A stretch of 64,000 nucleotides of DNA from Azolla caroliniana (lineage: Eukaryota > Plantae > Polypodiophyta): contig JBHGNT010000016.1 in assembly GCA_043228905.1 (NCBI GenBank), positions 10,788,001 to 10,852,000 of the forward strand, read 5' to 3'. Each line of letters opens with the position of its first letter. Position 1 is the stretch's first letter. The position numbers and the translations under genes are program-made. Below the pieces are notes generated by a model, which did not search any database, was not told the origin of the DNA, and worked only from the letters and a program-made list of their open reading frames with translations. Of the stretch, positions 11,330 to 23,378 are shown piece after piece.

Positions 11330-12790
11330 GGTCATTCACGTTCATTGGTGTTCTTGAACTGGCAAGCTTCACAGACTTGGCCCTTCCGGCCACTAAATTT
11401 CGGCAAGCCGAAAACAATGTTTTTCATTCGCATCTCTTGAAGTCGCGGGAAGTTGACGTGGTTGATCTGCTTGTGCCAAAGGTCGATGTCCGATTCGACC
11501 TTTTTCCCTTTGGTGAACATAGCAGTGGCGACGTCGTTCATCTCGAGGATAAACATCCTCCCTTCTCGACGCCCTTGTGTGATAATATGGCATTCTTCTT
11601 CGATGAAGCACCCGAGATGAGTGAACCAAACCTGCGTCCCTTAATCAACAATTTGGCGGACAGACACTAGGTTCTTGGTGATCATCGGGATGTGCAAGCT
11701 ATTCCTCATTAATCCTCTCTGGCTGACATGGCTCAGAGAGACATCTCCTATGTGCTCAATGGGGTAAGGGGTGTTGTCACCAGGTTCGACGACCCCCGAT
11801 TATTTCAACTTCTCCAGATAGAAAAACCATTCTTGGCTCGTCGGAATCATGAATCTCCAGATTCCACATACCACACGTTGTTCGGCTTTGAGGTGTTCAT
11901 TGCCATCGAGTTCGCCTTTGCTTCATTACGAATGCAGTGCTTGTTTCACCGCAACCGTGCCTTTGGCGTAGTGTGATCTCTGCGGTCTCTTGGAGTCGGC
12001 TATGCTGGATCCAAATTTGTCCAAAGCAGTTTGTTTCTTCTAGCACTCACTCTCCTTGTGGCCCTTCTGACCACAACACTAGAAACTTGTGACTTTCCCT
12101 TCCCGACTCCTGACACCACCCTAACTCTCCCTGCTCATGGAGGGGTCCATTGCTATCAACATTTCTATTATACCTTTGATTTTTCTCTTGTCGGCCGCCT
12201 CCATTGCGTTTTGATCCGGCTCATTCACCATGACCACAGGGCCGATCCGCCACTGTGTACAACATCTTGCTATCGGCATGCATGCTTGTTGACACACCCG
12301 TGTGGTTCTCCTCTACAAGGAGCATTGCCTTCAACCTGAGCTCCTACCTGAGTTGCAACATACGAGTTGTGGTGTTGTGGTGGTGAAGACCCTCTTTAGG
12401 TTCCCCCAAGCATCCTTCAGTAACTTCACATATCTTATCTACCCGAGCATCTGGTTGTGGACACACAAGGCCAAGCAGTACAAGCCTCGGCTTGCTGCTT
12501 GCCCCCAAGTTGGGAAGTCTCTGTGCGTCGTCTTTGGTGGTAACGCGTTTGCTTCTTCGACAAGACTCCAGTACTCGTGTCCGAGCAAGTACCGGTGCAT
12601 CTTGTACGACCACAATGTGTAGTTGCTTTTGTTGATCTTCTCCATCAAAAGCGAGCTACCCATACCTTTGTCCATGTTCCTGTTTGTACTTGTTTGGAAG
12701 ACAAAATCTTGTCTCTGTGTTTTGTTTACTTTGTTAGCTCGTACACAAGACACAATTGACTCAGTCGGACACCACAAGATAGTTAGGTAA
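11330..12790 (-). mobile_element. Degenerate Ty1/Copia fragment (gag, PR, pre-integrase)
   Basis: EKINKSNYTLWSYKMHRYLLG and KVESDIDLWHKQINHVNF..CEACQ motifs, same family as 14228-15900. A related LTR 5' piece lies at ~20246-20474 on minus. Confidence 0.85.
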
Positions 12791-12809
12791 ACACACACAC
12801 ACACACACA

Positions 12810-15800
12810 CAGATAGATAAATAGATAGATAGATTATATTATCGTCTTCGGAGGTCAAATATGACTTATGAAACCAAAAATATTACATTTCCCTTTATAC
12901 GTGTGAAAGTGAGTAGTGACTCTCGATCTTCAAGAACTTTACCAATGAATGTTGCAATCGAGACTGCACATTGTGGTTGTGAGAGGAATTCATGCAAGGA
13001 TTGGGCTTGGTCGAAGAGACGTGGAAAGCATGGTCGAATATGATGAAAGGTAGAGCATTGTATCAAAGTGTGATACTGAGACTCGCGAACTTGTTTAGGG
13101 CAAAGTGTGCATAGCCGAACACTCTCATCACTTGTGCCCCAACACCCTGTCTCACATTGCAATGCATGTGAGCTAAGTCGCATGGAAGCAATGGTTTGAA
13201 TTGCAGATAACGGTATGGGCTCTAACATGTATCGATGTGTACGATTTCCCCGTTCCGCAAAGAATATGGTTTTGTAGTTAGGTGCAACATGTGTAGCATA
13301 ATGTATGAAGCGTGAGCCTCCACATTTGTCCCATGTGATGATACATTGGCGGTGCAAAAAGGCCTAATTTACAGAGGAATCTAATGACGCATCATGAAGC
13401 AAGTGTCTCGCATCCCATCTACCAAACCATTTTTCTATATCTTGCATCCAACCGGAACACAAAATTTTGCTTTTATGCGTCTTTTGGATCATTTTTCTTG
13501 CTTCCCATGCAATTCTAGGAAGTCGATGTGAGGGACTTTTTTGAACCTTAAGCATGTATTCAACAACCCTTTCCATGGCCATGATCTCAATGGGAAGTGA
13601 TCCCGTCTCAAAGAGGAGGGTGTAGGGCGTTTGTTTCTTAACTTGTAGAAACTTTCTGTTGAGCGAGCAAGCTCAACCGGATCCAGATCGGCTGAATAAG
13701 CCTGAGCCGGATCGGTATCCGGAAACAACCGGCCAGATCGGAGAGCTGGATTCGAGTGGGAACCGGAAGCCTAGTAGTAGCCTAGACTACTAGGTAATCA
13801 TTGTCTCGTAGTTAGTGTCAGTCGCACTTGTGAGCATTGAAGTACCTGTTAGTCCTTTATGGACTTGTATAAATAGTGTTGTTTAGCACGTTGTATCTAC
13901 AAAGTCTTAGAGTTAATTTTTTGAATATAGTTTTATGTTATGCTTTGCTCTCTCTCTCCTTTGTGTTTGAAGCTTTTCCATTAAACCTTCATCTCATTTT
14001 CTGTTGCTATCCGGCTGAGCCGGTTCTGTCTGATGCTTCCGCACATTAACATTCACATGGTATCAGAGTGCCAAGGTTCAGAACCTCTGCAAGCGACGCT
14101 TGCTTTCGTTAGACAAACCCTAGAACCCAACAACAACAGACAGAGAGAAGATATGGACAGAGGAATGGCGAGTTCACTTCCAACATAGAAGCTCGACCAG
14201 AGCAACTATGCGTCCTAGTCATATAAAATGCACCAGTACCTGTTGGGGCATGGATATTGGAGTTTTGTGGAAGGAACAAATGAAGTAGCACCGGAGTCGT
14301 CACACAAAGACTTCCCAGTATGGGAGCAAGGAGCGAGTCGAGTAATGTACTATCTCGCGTCCGGTGTGCATGATCAAATGCTCAGCTACATCAAGGATGC
14401 AATGACGCCGAAGGAGGCCTGGATATTGCAGCTCCGGCAAGAGCTAAACCACATCCGGCAAAGAGACATGTCAGTTACGAACTACACCACCAAGATAAAG
14501 GAGATTTGCGACGCAATCGGGTCCATCAACATGATGGTGGACAAAGAAGAGATGGTACAAATTTGCCTCAGTGATCTAGCGCAAAGGTACGGGCCAATCC
14601 GGACAGCAATCTGCACCCGAGAGAAACCACCGTCCTTCTTCGACTTGCAATCGATGCTGATGGTCGAAGAAAACCATGCAAGTGGGTGAAGGACCACTCA
14701 ATCAGATGGCTGGATGTTGTACATGGAGACAGATCGTCCCCATGGACGTGGTGGACGAGGTGGGTCGGCACGCAATGGAGGTGGTTGACAAGAGTAGGAC
14801 CGGAGGCACAGAGGTTGTGCCGACAGCAGTTCTGGACCCTCCACAAGTAGGGGGAGTCAAAGTGGCTCCGAGAACAGGCAAGGAAAGGCCTACACGGAAT
14901 GTTGGTCCTTGGCAAAAAGGGCCATAGGGAAAGCGAGTGCTGGAAGAAGCGCGCCGATTCGAACAAAACCGGATCCGGCAAAACCGGTCGGGAGAACCGG
15001 CAAAGCTTGCACTACACGGAAGGATCGAGAGGATCTGGAACCGGGAAAACCAGTAAAGGGCCAACCTTCGTGATGAAGCACAAGACTAACTCGATGAAGA
15101 AGACTCCTTCTGGATCGGAGGAAGTATGGTACGTTGATTCCGGAGCGTCCAACCACATGACAAGCCATGAAGAGTGGTTCTCTTTTTTGGAGAAACCGGA
15201 TCAACCGGGGATTGTCGAAACCGGAGATGACACCCCTCACCAGATTGTGCATGTCAGAGAAGTCCCTTTAAGCCATGTCAGACAAAAGGGGAAGCTGATG
15301 AACGTACTACACGTTCCAACTATCACAAAGAACCTGGTATCAGTTGGACAAATCGTCGACCAGGGGATGCAGGTGCGGTCTACAGACCTAGGGTGCTTCA
15401 TCGAGGAAGAGGGTCGGATAATTACGCAAGGGCGCAGAGATGGGAAGATGTTCATCCTCAACACTAATGATGTCAGCACTACTATGTTTGTGAAGGGGCA
15501 GAAGAATCAGACATCGACTTGTGGCACAAGCGGATCAGCCACGTCAATTATCGGAGGCTTCAAGACTTGCAATCGAAACAAGTCATTGTCGGTTTGCCGA
15601 AATTTAGCGGCCAGAAGGCCGAAATTTGTGAAGCCTACCAACTTGGGAAGCAACACTGGCTTCTATTCCCCACCAATCGAAACCAGAGCCATAACAAGCT
15701 CGATATAATCCACTCGGATGTATGGGGACCGGCACAAAATGTTAGTCTTGGCGGGAGTCAGTATTTCGTCTCCTTCATCAATGACTACAGCCAACACACG

Positions 15801-18800
15801 TGGATCTACCTCATCGAGAGTAAGAGTGAAGTCTTCGAGTGTTTCCAGAACCTTCAAAGCTTGCTTGAACGGGAAATAGAGAGGAAGATCAAGTGCCTAT
15901 AGTCGGATGGCGGGAAAGAATACTTTTCTGGCCAATTCAATAGTTATCTGCAGCAGAACGGAATTCAGAGAGAATTCAGTTGTAGGTACACACCAAAGCA
16001 AAACGGTGTGGCCTAAAGGAAGAATCAGTCGATTGTTGATGCGGCAAGGGCAATGCTGGAGGAGAAGAGCATGCCCCATTTCTACTTGGCCGAGGCGGTC
16101 CAGACGGCCGTCTACATCCAAAACCAGATTGGTGACAAGGTGTCAGCACATGAGTTGTATTTCGGGCGAAAGCCGAATTTGAGACACCTTCGGATATTTG
16201 GTAGCATAGCATATGTGCATGTACCAGATGAGAAGCAGAGGAAGCTGGATCCAAAGTCGGAGAAGTGCATTCTAGTCAGTTACTTGCATGAGCACAAGGG
16301 GTATAAGTGCTATAACCCCCGGACTAAGCAGGTCCGAGTAAGTCGAGATGTCGAGTTTGATGAGACGGCATCATGGTACTCCTTACCGACTCCACCTCTT
16401 GACGAAGACCCGATTCCGGAAGATGAGGCTAGTGAGCCTGAGGAGGTCCAGGTAGAAGATGAAGACTTCGGCACTCTAGAAGAGAGTCTGATCTCATTCC
16501 TGCTAAGTGGACCGAATGCGCGGCTGAGTTGGGATGACCAATCGAATGAGGAACCAACGAGTAGTGGAGACTCTATCGTGTTGTCCTCGCTCAAGGAACC
16601 GAGGAGACGGTTCACGCACAAAGAGAAGGGGAAGAAGAAGATGCCAGAATACGAAACTGGCAACGTTGAGTCAGATCGGAGCTAATCCGACTCCGGAAAG
16701 GATGAAGGCAATCTTCAGGAACGAAGTCCACCCTGGCCAAGAAGGGCCCCAAACCAAGTAATACCAAGTTACGCCAATCTCGCCTGAAGAACGTTGTTAC
16801 GCAGTACGGGTACAATAACTACATGGCACATCATTATGTGTTCATGACTAAGGTGGCGGAAGTGCGTGAGCCGGAGAGCTACGCAGAAGCGGCAAAGGAC
16901 GCAAATTGGCGTGCCGCTATGGAGGAAGAAATGCGGGCACTAGATGCCAACGCCACATGGGACCCCGTTGACCCTCCCCGACATTGTAAACCGATCGGCT
17001 GCAAATGCTGATGGTTCGGTTAACCGGTACAAGGCCTGGTTAGTGGTGAAGGGATACGCACAGACCTAGGGAATCGATTACGACGGGACCTTCACCCCGG
17101 TAGCGAAGATGACGACGGTTCATGTGGTACTGGCGGTTGTTACGGCAAGGGGGTGGCATCTTCACTAGATGGACGTGAAGAATGTGTTTCTTCAAGGTGA
17201 CCTTGAAGAACGGGTCTATATGATCCAACCTCTCGATTTTCAGTTGGAGATGAACAAGTCGGCGGTGTGCCAGCTCAAGAAGTCGCTTTACGGTCTGAAA
17301 AAAGCCCCCCAAGCTTGGAATTCGAAGATCACGCATTGGTTGCGTAAGATGGGGTTTGTGACCTTTAAATCAGACTCGTCGTTGTTCATCCAGCAAGGTC
17401 TAAACAGTCTACATCCTACTTTATGTTGATGACTTAATCATCACCGGACCCGGACTCAATGAAATTGGCTGAGTAAAGTCCCAGTTGTCGGATGCATTTG
17501 AAATGAAGAACCTAAGGGACCTTCATTATTTTCTTGGGATCGAGGTGATCTGAATCCCCAATGGCATATTGCTCTCACAACGACACTAGGTCTTGAATAT
17601 GCTGTACAAGTTCAGTATGACGGAGTGTCGACCTGTCTCCACACCCCTGAACCGGAACCAAAAGCTTTGTCCCAACTCTGGACTGGCCTGCGATGAGCAA
17701 CAGTTCCGACAAATCGTCGGAAGCCTGATATACTTGACGATCACTCGACCCGACCTCTGTTACTCGATCGGAGTGATCAGCCAGTTCATGTAGAAACCGA
17801 CCGTCGAGCACCTTCAGTGCGCACACCGGATACTCTGGTATGTGAGCGGCACGAAGGACCGAGGATTGTTATACTGGCATGGTATAACTGAAGAACTGGT
17901 CAGATATACAGATGCCAACTGGTTCGGTGATGCATCGGATCGCCAATCCACCTCTAGTTACATGTTTTCTCTAGGTAGCGCGATTGTTGCGTGGAGCAGC
18001 AAAAAGCAGCCAACAGTGGCTCTATCGAGCACTAAGGCTAAATAGCAGGGTGCTACCAATGCTACCTATGAAGCCATCTTGCTTTAGCGACTGCTGCAAG
18101 ACCTACGGATTGAGGTCCCGACCCCAATCCTGATCTAATGTGACAACATGAGTAGCATTCACCTCAGCAAGAACCTCGTATTCCATGCTCGGACGAAGCA
18201 CATAGAAGTCCACTATCACTTTGTGCGTGAGCGGGTTTTGAGCAGTGAAGTAGAACTTAGGTATGTTTAGATGGATCGGCAAATTTCCTATATCTTCACC
18301 AAACCGCTCGGATCGGATAAGTTGCAACACTTCACCAAAATGCTTGGTGTTCAGCATCTCGACGTGCCGCACTTGAGGGGGAGAAAAGGAAAGGGAACGG
18401 ATGGCACCGAACAAGGAGCCAGAGAGGAAGAAAGAACCAACAAAGGGGGAGACAAGAGGAAAAAGGAAGTTGAGCCGACCGAAGAAGTTGGCACATCCGA
18501 AAAGGTGGGAACAAGCGGCGTCGGCGGTAGAGTCAAGAAAGATAGAGCCGACCGGAAGAAAACGGCCAAGACCCGGACGTGGTCTGGTGTGGTCAAGCTG
18601 CACAGAACCAGAAGGGTCGCGGCAAACAAGACTTGACCAGATGAGGAACGCGGGCGAGGCGGAGCAACGCCAGAAGGAGCCGGGTAGAAGAATCGACTGT
18701 CGTGGACACTAACACCACGATTCGACCTCAAGTTGAGCTTGAGGGGGAGTGTTGAGCGAGCGAGCAAGCTCAACCGGAGCTAGATCGGCCGAATAAGCCT

Positions 18801-20230
18801 GAGCCAGATCGGCATCCAGAAGGATGAGCCAGATCATTATCCGAATGGTATCCGAAAACAACCGGCCGAATCGGAGAGCTGGATTCGAGCGGGAACTGGA
18901 CGCCTAGTAGTAGCCTAGACTACTAGGTAATCATTGTCTCGTAGTTAGTGACAATCGCACTTGTGAGCATTGAAGTACCTGTCAGTACTTCTATCAATCC
19001 TTTATGGACTTGTATAAATAGTGTTGTTTAGCACGTTGTATCTACAAAGTCTTAGAGTTAATTTTGTGAATATAGGTTTATGTTCTGCTCTGCTCTCTCT
19101 GTCTCCTCTATGTTTGAAGCTTTTCCATTAAACGTTCATCTCATTTTCTATTGCTATCCAGCTAAGCCGGTTCTATCTGACACTTCCGCACATTAACATT
19201 CACACTTTGTAAGAAAATGTTTTCGGACATTTCAAACTCTTTCCACATAGATTTAGGGATGCTACCACCCCATATTTCCACCCCATAGAGAAGAATCGGT
19301 TTCACCAAAGTGTGGAAAAGATATTTCTTGAAGACCCAACACTTAATATCTCCAAGATTACGTGTGTTCTCAAATGCATAGTATGCTCACTTACCCGCCT
19401 CTAAGCGGCGTGTAGCACCTTCATTCCATCTATGATTTGAAGGAACTTCAAGGCCAAGTTATTTGAAGCTTTCCACACATTCAAGTGGTTCATTTTTGTA
19501 CATAATGCATGGTTTATCTCTTTTTTGGCTCTTCACAAGTGTAATCTTTGTTTTAGAGCTATTGACAGTTAATTTAGTATGCATGCAAAATTTTTCCAAT
19601 CCCTTCATAAGCTTTTATGCATCTCCTAAAGTATTTGCAAAAAGCATTACATCATCTACATATAGCAAAAGCATAATCACAACATTCCCAATGGCAACTT
19701 CTTCAACACATGCTTTCTTTACAAACTTGGTAACCATTTCTTCCAATTCATCAATGCATAAACCAAATAGTATTGGTGAGAGTGGGCATCCTTGCTTAAC
19801 ACCAATAGTGCTTTTGAAATTTTTTGAAAGTTTATCTCTCATGCGCACACAACATATAACCTTCTCATAAATTCGGGAAATTGCAAGCATATATTCAGTT
19901 GGCACCTCAAGTTCTTCCATTAGGCTCCAAAGATGCTCATGAGGTACCATATCAAAAGCTTTCTTGAAGTCTACAAAGCAACAATATAAACCTTTACCTC
20001 TAAGACGACTTTCCTCCATTAATACTCAAAGGGTGACAAGGTGATCAATGGTGCTATAGTGTTTTCGAAAGCCAACTTGTCCATAAGCTCTCTTACCATT
20101 TTTTTCAGCCCATACACTTATATTTATTATACATCCAAACAGTTTTGCCATTAATGAGCTAACCATGATGGTTTGATAGTTGTTTACATCTCCACCTTTA
20201 TGTAAAGGTTTGATCTAATTTGTAGTCCAA
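12810..20230 (-). mobile_element. 5'-truncated non-LTR retrotransposon (RTE-X-like LINE) split by a Copia insertion
   Basis: RT motifs FVDFKKAFD, GVKQGCPLSP, LLLYVDD (19615-20019). C-terminal RLSSHALQCETG..RLCTLC..E..H...C (12866-13357). 3' (TCTA)n tail near 12811-12833. Confidence 0.85.
13657..19204 (+). mobile_element. Full-length degenerate Ty1/Copia element
   Basis: LTRs 13657-14057 and 18750-19204. PBS TGGTATCAGAG at 14058. PPT GAGGGGGAG at 18741-18749. TSD CTTTC/CTTTG (4/5). gag-PR(WYVDSGASNHM)-IN-RT-RH order with many stops. Confidence 0.95.
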
Positions 20231-20245
20231 TCGTACCGCATACCA

Positions 20246-20474
20246 TGTTACTAACACATACTTCAATGCTCATAAATGAGGATCTGACACTAACAACCTA
20301 AAATATTCCTATTACTAAGAATAGGAATATAAGCCCTAACGGCTTGTCGGCTCCACGCTAATCTGACCTAGCCAATCGACCTAAGTCTGATCTGGTCCTT
20401 GGCTTCTTCAGTTGATCCGAGCCTATTCGATCGACGTTCGTTCAATCCGGCCCATGTTGAGCTTGTCTCTCAAC
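20246..20474 (-). mobile_element. Partial Copia LTR (5' part)
   Basis: Minus strand begins TGTTGAGAGACAAGCTCAAC and contains TGAGCATTGAAGTA, both shared with LTR 13657-14057. Confidence 0.6.
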
Positions 20475-21744
20475 ATCGGTTTTCTAGGTCCCATAGCCCG
20501 TATACTCTACCTAAGGCCCTACCCCTAAATCTGACAAGTGTGTGGGCTGTGATAATCGGGATCGACGAGAAATAGATTAGGCAAAGAACGTGCACTCAAT
20601 TTCATCGATAGTAGGAAATATGAATCCTTCTTTTCTTATATTTAAAAATGATATAAACATGTCTAGTTTTAGGATGTTGTTAAATGCAACACATTCCAGT
20701 ATGGAAATATTCCTAAATTTTAGGAAGCATTACTAGACCTTGTAGTTAGCAATGCATGTTATCTATGTTGTGTAGTGGTGCCTTTTAGGGAACCAAGGAA
20801 CATTGATAATGTGCCTTTTTTGTAGTAGTGTTGGCTTTGATCAAAACTTGTGGAATAACTACTTTCTCAAACATATTGATATTAGGAGAATGTTGTTTGG
20901 TTTTTTTTGGGTAGATGGAAGAGAATTGAGTGTACTTGTGAACCTTTCTCTTGTGATGTTTTTCGATGCCTCATCAGACTAGCAAACCGTATTTTCATTG
21001 TTAGCATTAGTATTAGTTGAAACAATTAAATCACTCACAAGTTTGACAAGTACGGATGATCTTTGAGAGGACTATACATTAAGAAATGAGGTATGATCAA
21101 ATCCATTGAATTAGTGATAACATAGAATGTTTAGAAGATGAAAACATTAAAATTGAAACTCAACATGCGCTATTAATATGAATTCAAAGTTTTTGGCATC
21201 TTCATGACTACCACTTGGTCATGTCATCATGCAAACATTAAACAACAAACATAACAAGGATATTGCTGACCATGATCGTTTGACATAGTTAGACCTATTT
21301 TATGATGACGTCGTGCTATTGCGAATATACCGTTGAAGTATACAACTTCACCATCTCATACTTTTGTTTGTTGTAGGGACACAAGGTTTGTTTGATGGTA
21401 GGTGGCTATTGTGGTTTTACACTAGGGGACAACGATAGAAATGGTACTTGCAACATGATTCACCAATAAAATCACACATTTTTAATGGTTCTCATTCCTT
21501 TGCTCTAGATAGATCAAGGAGGATGTCACGCAAGATATAAACATGAAACTAACTCTAGAATCGCAAAGTGGAGGAGGACAACACAACATTGGTTTGAAGG
21601 TAGAGGACAAAGAACCCATTAGTTAGCTACATGAAGTGTTTGTTATTTATTCGGAAGCACAGACGTTGCCAATCATGGCCAAGGTCATATTGTCGTCAAT
21701 GAAGAACGTGCTGAAACCATGAGAAATCACTAGACTGGATGGAG

Positions 21745-21748
<4 letters not shown>

Positions 21749-21802
<54 letters not shown>
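21749..21802. repeat. (AG)n microsatellite
   Basis: Direct reading. Confidence 0.95.
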
Positions 21803-21804
<2 letters not shown>

Positions 21805-22061
21805 ATAACGCAACTTTCTTATCATTAGGCATAAAACGTCAGAATGTTTGGAAAACATCGAGAAGAAGAAGGGGGATTAAGGTTTAGGTTTAGGTTTAGG
21901 TTTGGCAGGGAAAGGCCATTCCATTAAAGTGACTGCACAAGAAACGATATGGATAGATATGTATGCATCTGCGTCTGCGTCTGTGTCTGGTGTGAGTGTG
22001 GGTGTGTGTGTGGGTGTGTGTGTGTGTGTGTGTGTGGAAGTGAGAGTGAGATAGTAGAGGC

Positions 22062-22575
22062 CTAGTAGGCAGGGGCATCGAATGCCCAGGAGTAGAGGAC
22101 GGCGCCCTCCACCAAAGCCCCAGTGGAGGCGGAGATACCCACGTAAATGGGCTGGCCATGAGCGAAGATGGAGGAGAGGTCGTAAGTAGAAACGAGGAGG
22201 GGTGGGCGAGAGGTGGGGGTTTGGTAGCACGCACTATTACTCTGGCTACAGTTGTCCAGCCACACGCGGATCTCATGATTATGGGATGCATCATACTCAA
22301 TCCACGCCCGGAATGTATAGCCACCATACAAGTAGTAGGGAGATTCGGAGTCTGATGTATCCACCGTCGCGATCGATGCCTGCACGCACCCCACCCCACC
22401 CCACCCCACCCCACCCCACAAAAAATGAATGAACAACATTAGGCATGTGCCACCGGATTTAAGCAAGTAAAGCGTCACTACTACTACTACTACTACTATG
22501 AAATCGCATCGCTCCGTCCATTTCTTCAACCGGAATAATTTAAAACCGCAAGTCTAGTAGTGTGCATGTTGATGT

Positions 22576-22616
<41 letters not shown>

Positions 22617-23173
22617 ACTACAGTGTTGATGTCGATGCCGATGTGGGAGGCGCTGGGATCGTAGCTATTCTTGAATGTGTCAAACTCCACGGCAAAGAAG
22701 CGTTCATTTGACGATGAAATGTAACGATTGTCTATGCCAAGGAATTCGCCCTCGCCGCCGGCTGGCACTGCTAAAGTGGGCGACATGAAGAAAGCCAATC
22801 CATCGGCAGCACCACCGAATGAAGCAGAGTGTTCCGTCACCAACTCAAACGTAAACTGCGTCCGGAAGCTAGCAGCCTTCCCGGACCATCCCACTAACAG
22901 GGGCTCCTTGTATACCACCCTCCCGATGAGATTGCGGAGGTTGTCCGCATTAATGCGTGTGTCGGGTGTGAGCCAGATGGAAGAGCATTCGGCGGATAGT
23001 GTCGCATTCTCCTGGAAGATAAAATCATCGGAATTGGCGAAAGAGAGGCTTTGGAAATGAATCCCCGGGGCTGCAGCATGAATGCTGGGCATGATGGAGG
23101 GGAGTACAACAAAGAGAGATGAGAAAACAAGTGCTGCCTGGCTCAAAAATAATGGACGCATCGAGATGGCCAT
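22062..23173 (-). CDS. Secreted legume-type (L-type) lectin, ~290 aa; exons 23173-22619 and 22379-22062
   Basis: Hydrophobic N-terminal signal-like segment. Motifs FRTQFTF, ADGLAFFM, GEFLG, FFAVEFDTFKNSYDPSASHIGIDIN, AWIEYD, YVGISASTG, LYSWAF. A phase-0 GTAAGT...TGCAG intron joins the two ORFs in frame. No TM or kinase domain follows. Confidence 0.9.
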
Positions 23174-23372
23174 TATTAACTAGGTAGGGCAATTTTAGTA
23201 CAAGAGAGAAACAATGTAGCAGACTGACGAGCAGTAGCAGTAGCAGTAGTAGTAGTATAGTAGTAGTAGTGCTGGCTGCTGCTACTGAGTGTAAGTGACT
23301 GAGTGTGCTGCTACTGAGTGTAAGTGAGTGAGTGAGTGAGTGTGTGATTATACATATGTGTGTTTGTAAGCA

Positions 23373-23378
23373 TTTATA
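23373..23378 (-). promoter_or_regulatory. Candidate TATA box of the lectin gene
   Basis: TATAAA on minus ~200 nt upstream of the ATG, followed by a CACT/ACT-repeat leader. Confidence 0.4.

Noticed and set aside
21878-21905. (TTTAGG)n telomere-like run after the lectin
   Set aside because: Only about four hexamers, not TTTAGGG; likely a microsatellite.
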